Assembly: GCA_013204385.1 (NCBI GenBank)
Contig: JABMNY010000013.1
Span: 517 to 64,516, forward strand
Source of the DNA: Candidatus Uhrbacteria bacterium
Lineage (GTDB): Bacteria; Patescibacteriota; Patescibacteriia; UBA9934; GWF2-40-263
Length of the DNA: 64,000 bases
Reading direction: 5' to 3'
Under the pieces are notes generated by a model. It made no database searches. It worked only from the letters and a program-made list of their open reading frames with translations, and was not told where the DNA came from. A program made the position numbers and the translations under genes. Of the stretch, positions 56,698 to 64,000 are shown one piece after another. Positions within the stretch are counted from its first letter, which is position 1. Every line of letters begins with the position of its first letter.

Positions 56698-57201
56698 TTA
56701 TAACTCTGTAAGGATTACGGTCTCAGGAGGAAGAGTACTTTTGATGATTTCAAGGTCGTGGGTTGAATAGTCGTTTCCTCGCAGAACAAGAGTTTCAAGA
56801 GATGAGAGTTGACCAAGTTCCAACGGAAGCCCTGTTAGCTGGTTGTTTGATACATCTAATATTCTTAATTTCTTAAGTTGTCCAAGTTCTGCAGGGAGAC
56901 CTGTCATTTGATTATCGCTGAGATCCAGGATCTCGAGTTGTGTTAGAAAACGAATTTCAGCTGGGATAGATCCTGTTAGTTGATTGTTAGAAAGATCGAG
57001 ATGGACAAGCGTCTTTTGTTGAAATGTCTCTTGAGGGATTTGTGTGAGTCCTTTGTTACTTAAATCAAGTGTGATTTTGAGGGAATCATTTTCAAAAATG
57101 ACATCGTCTGATGGTTCAGAGGTATCGCTGAATGATGTTGTTACACATCCCGATCCTAGAAAACTTATAGAAAGGACAGACAGTAACAAGAAGTATTTCA
57201 T
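56698..57201 (-). CDS. Leucine-rich-repeat lipoprotein
   Basis: LGSGC lipobox; repeats such as LDLSNNQLTGSIPAEI and LDVSNNQLTGLPLEL. Confidence 0.9.
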   Translation of the reverse strand: MKYFLLLSVLSISFLGSGCVTTSFSDTSEPSDDVIFENDSLKITLDLSNKGLTQIPQETFQQKTLVHLDLSNNQLTGSIPAEIRFLTQLEILDLSDNQMTGLPAELGQLKKLRILDVSNNQLTGLPLELGQLSSLETLVLRGNDYSTHDLEIIKSTLPPETVILTEL

Positions 57202-57388
57202 ATGTGAGCATTCTATCAGATTCGAGTTAGATTGGTGAATATAAAAGTCATTTTAGACATGCTCTTATTCGTAGCAAGAACAAGCTAGAAAATAGAGGTT
57301 CGTATACAGCGATCTCTTGACGAAATTTATGAAAAGTTGTAATTTTTGTGTCTCGCTTGATTCTGAGCGAGATTATTGAGGCTAAAAG

Positions 57389-57859
57389 TTGTTCGTGCGT
57401 TATTCTCGATTGTTCCTGTTGTTTGGACTTACGCCTGTAACGACCGCATCCATCTGCAAGGAAGAACCCCTGATGGATACGGCAGAGCTGTTCGTGAGAC
57501 CGGCGATGAATGTCACTTGTGCGGAGGGGTATGATGATCGTGCGTCCACCGCTTGTGGCAATTTGTGGTTCTTTGATCTCGATGGTCGGTCAAACACACC
57601 CTCTATTGAGTATGTCGATCTGCTTACAGGGCAGCTGCATGAACGAGAACAATACCACTTCGTCAATGTAGGTGACGAACGTCGGTACTCGGAAAGTGGA
57701 AACGCTTTCAGAGTGGGGTGGCCGAGCTACGCATCGTCGCTTGAGGTAGAGCCCTTGGCTGACGATTGGGTGATGGTCGACTATTTTCTCTGTACGGATT
57801 CCTTCGAGAGTTCCTCAGAAACCTACCAATTGTGGAACTGTCTCGAACTGCGTCAGTAG
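57389..57859 (+). CDS. Hypothetical, possibly exported Cys-containing protein
   Basis: 156-aa ORF, TTGACG-17-TAATTT upstream, hairpin downstream; start uncertain. Confidence 0.65.
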   Translation: MFVRYSRLFLLFGLTPVTTASICKEEPLMDTAELFVRPAMNVTCAEGYDDRASTACGNLWFFDLDGRSNTPSIEYVDLLTGQLHEREQYHFVNVGDERRYSESGNAFRVGWPSYASSLEVEPLADDWVMVDYFLCTDSFESSSETYQLWNCLELRQ

Positions 57860-57955
57860 TCCACGCTAGAGCACATATGTGCTCTTTTATATTTGGACGA
57901 CTATTGGAGATGGAAGAAACCGTTTTGTGTCTACGGCTTTAATGTGAAAAAGTTG

Positions 57956-58753
57956 CTAATCGTATAGAGACTTTGATGTTTGGACAAAATACTGATCGAA
58001 GTTTTTTAGAATTTGACGACGTGCACGTTCAAACTCCTTTCGATCAAGGTCAGATATCAGTTGTTGAAACTCGTCTTCCGTGAATAACCTTCCGTCAATG
58101 AGGGACTGACGTCGTTGAGAAAGTGCTTCTTCTATGCGCCGACGTCCAATCTCAGGATGAAACTGCACTCCACGAGTGTGTAAACCTATGCGAAATGCTT
58201 GAACGGAATAATCTTGATTTGATGCAAGAATTTGGATATCTGTATGATCGGGAAGGTGAAATATTTCATCTCCGTGATAGGAATAAATATCGAACGTTCT
58301 TTCTACATCTTTGAATAGTGGATCTTGGATACCAGCAGGGGAGAGTTGAACCTCGATTAAACCAGCTTCTAACTTTTTTCCTTTTTTAATCTGCCCTCCA
58401 AACGATTCAGCGATCAACTGTGCGCCAAAACAGATTCCAAGGAGGGGGATATCTAGATGATGAATTTTCTGAATGAATTGTTTTAGTTCCTGAATCCAGT
58501 CAGAATTCTCGTATACAGAATGAGCCGACCCACCAATAATGACGCCACTATAACAACATTCAGTTGGGAGTACATCATCAGCCGCACTGATAAGTTTAAT
58601 CCGTGTCGAATCCTGATTGAGATTCAATGTAGAGCGAAACCAATCAAGCTCGCATGTGCGTGTGAGATTCATTTCAGCACGTTTAGCATCTGGCTGAGCA
58701 GAAATAAGAAGAATGGGTTTTTGAGATTCCATTGAGTTCATAACAGGCTTCAT
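57956..58753 (-). CDS. Class I glutamine amidotransferase (GATase1-like)
   Basis: GICFGAQ nucleophile, H.D, QFHPE triad. Confidence 0.9.
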   Translation of the reverse strand: MKPVMNSMESQKPILLISAQPDAKRAEMNLTRTCELDWFRSTLNLNQDSTRIKLISAADDVLPTECCYSGVIIGGSAHSVYENSDWIQELKQFIQKIHHLDIPLLGICFGAQLIAESFGGQIKKGKKLEAGLIEVQLSPAGIQDPLFKDVERTFDIYSYHGDEIFHLPDHTDIQILASNQDYSVQAFRIGLHTRGVQFHPEIGRRRIEEALSQRRQSLIDGRLFTEDEFQQLISDLDRKEFERARRQILKNFDQYFVQTSKSLYD

Positions 58754-58842
58754 GGATAATCGGGGATAGTCTGATCTCTTTTAGGGAAAAGTCAAAGTTA
58801 AAAAACACCTGCTGAATTGGTGCAGACGCGGAGATCATAGAC

Positions 58843-59472
58843 TTAGAATAAAATCTGCTTATCATCGGCATGCCATTGGTCGTAGGGTGTCATTATTCTA
58901 TCGAACAATGTTGATTGTAGAAACGTGTGTAGCCAGCGGTTTACGTGTTTGTAAGGAGACGATTCAAACCACTCAATATCGACATTTGCGAATTGTCGAA
59001 TAAATGGAAGTAAGGCCGCATCGACTAAAGTCATGTGATCCCCTTGGAGGAATTGTGTTTTTGATAAGCAATATCCTAGTTTTACAAGAAACTTCTCACA
59101 TTCTTTGCGGTATGCGAGTTGAGTTTTTTCAGGGTGTCGGTTGAAGTATTTGTACTTATCTAAGTAAATCTTGAATCGGGTATCGTTATCTTGGATAAGA
59201 TCTTTGTTCAAGATCTGGAGCCAATGATCAGGATCGTTTTTTTGAAGTGCCCAATTCATGATTTCCAAACTCTCCTCAAGTACCGTTCCGTCTGAAAGCA
59301 CAAGAACAGGCACTGTGGCTTTTGGAGAGAAGTCGATCATGGATTGAGGCTTTTCTCTTAAAACAACCTCACGAATCTCAACCGTCTGATTACTTTTTGC
59401 AATCGCAAGACGGGCTCTCATGGCATAGGGGCATCGACGAAATGAGTAGAGGATCGGAAGAGGGGGGTTCAT
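58843..59472 (-). CDS. Glutathione S-transferase family protein
   Basis: LYSFRRCPYAMRAR, SPK.TVPVL, ESL.IM.WAL, LDKYKY, D.A..PFIRQFA.VD. Confidence 0.92.
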   Translation of the reverse strand: MNPPLPILYSFRRCPYAMRARLAIAKSNQTVEIREVVLREKPQSMIDFSPKATVPVLVLSDGTVLEESLEIMNWALQKNDPDHWLQILNKDLIQDNDTRFKIYLDKYKYFNRHPEKTQLAYRKECEKFLVKLGYCLSKTQFLQGDHMTLVDAALLPFIRQFANVDIEWFESSPYKHVNRWLHTFLQSTLFDRIMTPYDQWHADDKQILF

Positions 59473-59662
59473 GTGATTTGTCGGTATGAACAGATTGGAA
59501 TAAGAACTTCTTCTAACAATGACTGATACTCAGACGGGAATATCTAGAGGAAATAAACAGTAAGTAATCCAAGAAGATCGGATCTGTATTTATCTGAAAT
59601 GGACAGTTTATCGTTTGAGTCCCATGACAGATCAGTCTGCAAACTGATATACTGATGGTACT

Positions 59663-60262
59663 ATGCCTACAAAAACTCCTCAAAGAATAGCTGCATTTTT
59701 TGTTGTAATTTTGATCTTTGGAATTGGTGTTTATATTCTATCCGATTATTTCAGATTCAATAGAGAGGTGACAGTTTCCGATGTGATAGAGGGATTTGAT
59801 GGTTCTGATCTCAATAACTCGTTCTATCAGTTGGATAAGTATATTCTTAGTCCTTCAAAGCACGCAGAAGCTGCACAAAATGCAACTGCCTATCTTGGAT
59901 CTAGCGATCCTGAGATACTTTTTGCTGCGGTTTACTTGATTGTTAATACAGGGGATGCTCTGTACGCGCCATATCTAGTCCCATTACTTTCTCACGATGA
60001 TGTTCTCTTAAGAACAGTTGTTGCTGGTCGTCTTATTGGTTGGGGGGAGATGGCGTCGATCCCGGTGTTGATTGAATCCCTTGATTCCGACTTGATGTTG
60101 CCATATGCTGATCCACCGCGTCGGCTTTCGGAACTTGCGCAAGAAGCGCTTCCATATTATACCAAGCAGGATTACATTTCACGGAATGAATGGCAGCAGT
60201 GGTGGAGCCAAGTTAAAGAACAGCTTATTTGGAATGCATCTACGCAACAGTACGGCCTATGA
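59663..60262 (+). CDS. Membrane-anchored HEAT-repeat protein
   Basis: N-terminal TM; L.S.DPEI..AA, LVPLL...D..LR..A, IP.LIE.L; W..WW tail. Confidence 0.75.
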   Translation: MPTKTPQRIAAFFVVILIFGIGVYILSDYFRFNREVTVSDVIEGFDGSDLNNSFYQLDKYILSPSKHAEAAQNATAYLGSSDPEILFAAVYLIVNTGDALYAPYLVPLLSHDDVLLRTVVAGRLIGWGEMASIPVLIESLDSDLMLPYADPPRRLSELAQEALPYYTKQDYISRNEWQQWWSQVKEQLIWNASTQQYGL

Positions 60263-61479
60263 GATATATTTTGTACATTGTCTTGATGGTTATTCTTGGA
60301 GTGCTGCCTGGGCAAGTGTGGGCGTTTGGAACACTGAGTAACGTTGGTTCAGATCATTATAAGGTTGATTTTAATTTGACACTCATTGGTCCAGGGGTGG
60401 GTCCTGGACATGCAGAAGTATGGAAGCGATGGTTGGATTCTGTATGGGATACTGCAGGTATGGCTAATGAATGTCCTAAGATCAACTTTGAGTTTCATGT
60501 AGATTCCTCGGATGCGTTTGATGAATTTGATTTGCCAGGTGATTATACAGACGATACACGAACACGTATTCACTCAGATGCGTTGTCTGGTTTGCAAGAG
60601 AGTTTTCCAGATTCGAGTTATGTCTATGTCGTGGATTCAGACCCTGGTCAATACTACCGAGGATGGGCAAATAGTGCTGAGGGATCTTTTGGACAGAGCG
60701 GTTGGTCAACGATGGATGCGGGTTCATCGGCTCGAACAATTTCCCATGAGGTAGGTCATCTTATGGGAATGGATGATCATTATAGCGAAAATGCTGAAGG
60801 ACTTACGACAGTTGATGAAGGTTGGGAAGGGAATCTTGCTGCAGATGGAAGAATTAATGACAGTGATTTGGTAAATGACTCGTCAAAATTTATTGATGCA
60901 CGCGTATTGTCTGAGATCATTGAGGCTATTGAACATCAGACCGGTGAGGATTTAGCTTGTGGGAAGCCGGATATAGAAGGAGAAATGGTTTGGCATCATG
61001 ATACAGGTATTGTTGCAACAGATGTTGATGGAGACCTGCTTGTTGAGTTAGATTATATTGAGTCTGAAGGGGATGGTTCTGATTTTTTGGTTACAGGTAG
61101 TGTCAATCCGATTGATAGCACATTAACTTGTACAAGTAGTATTTGTAATAGTTGTGGTTGTACGACATGTACGATTGATAAAGCAACCACGGGGTACGTG
61201 AGCGGAATTGCAAACTGGAGCGAAGATGGAAATACACTTATTACAACACTTAACTGGCTTGAAAGTCAGTGGCCACAGGAGACTGTAAGCATGTTCTTTT
61301 CTTGTGGTGGATCTGCAACACAGGATACAGCACTCTTATCCTCTACGTTTATTCAATCAGGAATTATTGGGACTTCTTGGGAAGTTGAATTTCCTGATGA
61401 TGTTGCCCAGAAGGAGTTTTCTTCAAAAAACTATGCTGGGACAGGAATTGGAGTGATGAACTTTCACACAAATGAGTAA
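60259..61479 (+). CDS. Secreted zinc metallopeptidase-like protein
   Basis: Signal peptide; HEVGHLMGMDDHY (HExxHxxGxxD); Cys cluster CTSSICNSCGCTTC; ATGA overlap with the HEAT gene. Confidence 0.8.
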   Translation: MRYILYIVLMVILGVLPGQVWAFGTLSNVGSDHYKVDFNLTLIGPGVGPGHAEVWKRWLDSVWDTAGMANECPKINFEFHVDSSDAFDEFDLPGDYTDDTRTRIHSDALSGLQESFPDSSYVYVVDSDPGQYYRGWANSAEGSFGQSGWSTMDAGSSARTISHEVGHLMGMDDHYSENAEGLTTVDEGWEGNLAADGRINDSDLVNDSSKFIDARVLSEIIEAIEHQTGEDLACGKPDIEGEMVWHHDTGIVATDVDGDLLVELDYIESEGDGSDFLVTGSVNPIDSTLTCTSSICNSCGCTTCTIDKATTGYVSGIANWSEDGNTLITTLNWLESQWPQETVSMFFSCGGSATQDTALLSSTFIQSGIIGTSWEVEFPDDVAQKEFSSKNYAGTGIGVMNFHTNE

Positions 61480-61543
61480 TCGGTCATTCACTCGATTAAA
61501 CGAATCAAAGTGGCATACTCCTTGGTGTTTTTTCTATATTAAA

Positions 61544-62698
61544 CTAATTGTTTTGCACTAATAACGACCGTCCTTGTTCAGCCCAAGATGATTCTCCAAG
61601 AGCTTCCATTTCAATGACATAATCTGCCAAAATAGTTTGACGTGTCTCTTCGTCTTGTGTTTGTTCAAGGATTGCTGAGAGTAGTGTGAAGTGAATTGAT
61701 TCTCGTGTTGCACGGTCGTTAAGTTGAAGCCAAAGATGTTGATCAAACGCGCGTGTCACAAATGAGGTATCTGTGAGACCCGCGCTAACAGCATCGATCA
61801 CGCGTTGCTGCGTTTCTTCATCTGATGGACCGTCTGCGGGATTGAAGGGTGTTTGTAGCACCACATCGAGTTGATCTGCATTATAAGGGATTTCTTGGAT
61901 GGTATATTCCGGTTTCATGAAGAGTTCTACGCGTTCAGGTGAGTCTTGAAGTTGCAAGCTTGCGAGCATAGAAACGAGCTCTTGTGCTTGAGTAAAAGTC
62001 AGATCTGTGTCGACGAGGTTGTAGAGCACATACTCCAATGCTGTTTGCCAGTGAGAGGTCTCTGTGAGGGGTGTGTTTGTGAGAAGATGCTTGAGAAAGG
62101 TGGAATGGTTGTGAGCGCGCTGAGGCTCACCGATTGCATAGGGTTGGCGGACACGAAGCCACTGAAGTGTTTCCGTTGCAGGAAGTCCAAGGAGTCTAAA
62201 AGAGCCAATCGCTTCTGAGAACCCGATCATTACAATATGATCTGGTTGTTTGTTTAAAATTTTTTCGATCTGTGCAAGGCCATACTCGAGCCCGCCAATG
62301 CCACATGCATTCGAAACATAATAGTCGCTTGGAATGTGGCCAGTTCCAGGCAGAGGAGAATAGGTACCACGAGGAACTGCCGTAATGCGTACGGTTTGAT
62401 TTGTGTTGTTGATTTCAATGAATTGAATGACATCGCAATGGGCAACGTCACTTCCAGCGCGTGTATCTAGACCAATAAGGAGAATAGAAATGACATCATC
62501 AGTCTCCTTAAAAGGTCCGTATTTTGGAGATGTCAGCATTGCGAGGCGCGTGTCGATAATTGCTTGAATTTCTTGCTGGAGCGCCTGCTCTTGTTGAAAT
62601 GCATTTGTTGGGGAGGTACTTGCATGAGTAACAAACCAGAGCACAAGCAGAACAAAAAGGATAAGGGGAGTACCAAATAGGAAGATTCGTCGATTCAT
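61544..62698 (-). CDS. LCP (LytR-CpsA-Psr) family protein
   Basis: N-terminal TM; ILLIGLD.R....D.I, VPR.T, L..LR.R, R..N. Confidence 0.8.
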   Translation of the reverse strand: MNRRIFLFGTPLILFVLLVLWFVTHASTSPTNAFQQEQALQQEIQAIIDTRLAMLTSPKYGPFKETDDVISILLIGLDTRAGSDVAHCDVIQFIEINNTNQTVRITAVPRGTYSPLPGTGHIPSDYYVSNACGIGGLEYGLAQIEKILNKQPDHIVMIGFSEAIGSFRLLGLPATETLQWLRVRQPYAIGEPQRAHNHSTFLKHLLTNTPLTETSHWQTALEYVLYNLVDTDLTFTQAQELVSMLASLQLQDSPERVELFMKPEYTIQEIPYNADQLDVVLQTPFNPADGPSDEETQQRVIDAVSAGLTDTSFVTRAFDQHLWLQLNDRATRESIHFTLLSAILEQTQDEETRQTILADYVIEMEALGESSWAEQGRSLLVQNN

Positions 62699-62757
62699 AA
62701 GGAAGGGTCAAATCGCTACTTGTAGCGTTCACTTCGACTTTACTCTATCACAAATAG

Positions 62758-62787
62758 AAAACCACGGATTGATCACCCGTGGTTTTT
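62758..62787. terminator. Intrinsic terminator
   Basis: aaaaccacgg...ccgtggtttt. Confidence 0.75.
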
Positions 62788-62790
62788 GCT

Positions 62791-62802
62791 TGGTGAGCGA
62801 TA
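62791..62802 (-). other. tRNA-3'-end-like remnant (possible att site)
   Basis: Minus strand TATCGCTCACCA immediately followed by a terminator; no T-arm upstream. Confidence 0.4.
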
Positions 62803-62934
62803 GAAGAAGCTGTTAATTAAAATGTCATCTAGCTGACTTATACATAAATGACTTATCTATAACTTGAACAAATTTTGTCAGTTTTCTGATGTTTGACCAT
62901 ATGAGTCGATTAGAAAGTCGGGTCGGCATTGATA

Positions 62935-63990
62935 CTAGGATTCTAGAGCAAGTGTCTCAATGAGTTTTTCGAGTTCTTCACGGGCAATCAATTTGATTCT
63001 AAGAATGTCATTCCACTTTTTTAATCTCATTCCATCGATTAAATGATCCAACTCTAAGGCATCAATTCCCTGTGCCTGCATTTCATCATTTACAACTTTT
63101 TCCAAAGAAGCATAGGTAACATCTTTTGAATTCCAGGTTGCCTTTTTTATCAGTTGAGCAATCACATCTTGGCCAACACCGAGAGCTGTTAACGAATCGA
63201 ATAATCTGGTACCGACTATAACCTTATCCTTTTCAGATACACCATAATGACGTTCATTAATGACATTTGTAAGGAAACTGTACGAATCTTTTGGGTAAGC
63301 TGAAGCTGTTACATTGTAATCACTTGAAAGAAAACCCTGCATACGATATGCCTGAACTTCCGTCAGAGCAATTTCTCCTCGTGTAAATGAAGTAGATTGA
63401 CTACCAGAAAGTATTCCCGAGATTTCACCCATATGGGCCACATAAAACCTAATTCTTGTAAGAAATTTGATGTCAGCTTCATTTTGCTTTTTGTGTGTTA
63501 GTTCATGGAGGGCATAACTTGGAAAACTATTTTGGAACGCAGCATATGCAAGATGCGGCAGAATAGCAGCTGGTCTAAAATGACCAACTCCCACATTGGT
63601 CTTCTTCGTTACATGATCATAATAAAGAGGCATATTAAATTCACCCTTTTTCGTTACTTCATGCTTCTCTACTAACTTATCCCAATCAACAAGATCTTCA
63701 AAAAGAATAATACCCTCCACCGCATTAGCAACATTTGTCTCATGAGCAATACGTTCATAGACGGTATGAATGCTTTCATTTAGAGGTTCTAAAATTTTAC
63801 TTTCATTCTTTATTAAGAGTGCTGTTTTTTCTCCAGCCTGCGCCCAAGTAAAATCTTTTCCTATTTTTTCCAATAATTCTGAATGTTCACGAAGGAGAGT
63901 CTCAAAGTCAACCTTTTCTGATGGTCTACCGACTGCTTCTAATACTTCAATAACAGCGGACCTTTTTTGATCTTTATCAGCCATATTCAA
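62935..63990 (-). CDS. AT-rich hypothetical protein with HExxH motif; frame open to the window edge
   Basis: LHELTH plus downstream EVQAY; ATG at 63984 possible. Confidence 0.7.
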   Translation of the reverse strand: MNMADKDQKRSAVIEVLEAVGRPSEKVDFETLLREHSELLEKIGKDFTWAQAGEKTALLIKNESKILEPLNESIHTVYERIAHETNVANAVEGIILFEDLVDWDKLVEKHEVTKKGEFNMPLYYDHVTKKTNVGVGHFRPAAILPHLAYAAFQNSFPSYALHELTHKKQNEADIKFLTRIRFYVAHMGEISGILSGSQSTSFTRGEIALTEVQAYRMQGFLSSDYNVTASAYPKDSYSFLTNVINERHYGVSEKDKVIVGTRLFDSLTALGVGQDVIAQLIKKATWNSKDVTYASLEKVVNDEMQAQGIDALELDHLIDGMRLKKWNDILRIKLIAREELEKLIETLALES

Positions 63991-64000
63991 AGCTCGTCGC

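Noticed and set aside
59469-59545. Short minus-strand frame ending in an ATGA overlap with the GST start (possible gene remnant)
   Set aside because: Only about 24 codons, no start codon and no recognisable homology.
1-64000. Alternative genetic code (TGA reassigned, as in some CPR lineages)
   Set aside because: Conserved genes such as gatA, lgt and mutY end at TGA at expected lengths with no internal TGA.

Overview
A 64-kb, gene-dense bacterial chromosome segment (standard code, TGA used as stop). Gene content (dus, lepA, recJ, rnhA, pilM/pilin/pilD, ligA, gatCA, lgt, dnaG, rpoD, mutY, greA, xth, truB-like, no central-metabolism genes) and near-absence of Shine-Dalgarno sites suggest a Patescibacteria/CPR genome; this is inference, not a database result. 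About 65 CDS, one tRNA-Ser(GGA), and many sigma70 promoters and intrinsic terminators are visible. No CRISPR array, rRNA, transposase or integrase was seen. The strongest unexplained signal is a stand-alone ~335-nt highly structured RNA candidate (31613-31947) with its own promoter and terminator, directly downstream of an ECF sigma/anti-sigma pair whose leader is also structured. Other leads: a 55-aa Asp-rich peptide next to a RimK-type ATP-grasp ligase; tandem His-motif paralogs; structured elements on both flanks of tRNA-Ser; a tRNA-3'-end (att-like) remnant near 62.8 kb; pervasive near-leaderless genes contrasting with GC-richer SD-bearing genes; a GST + class-I glutamine amidotransferase pair; and unannotated small ORFs.
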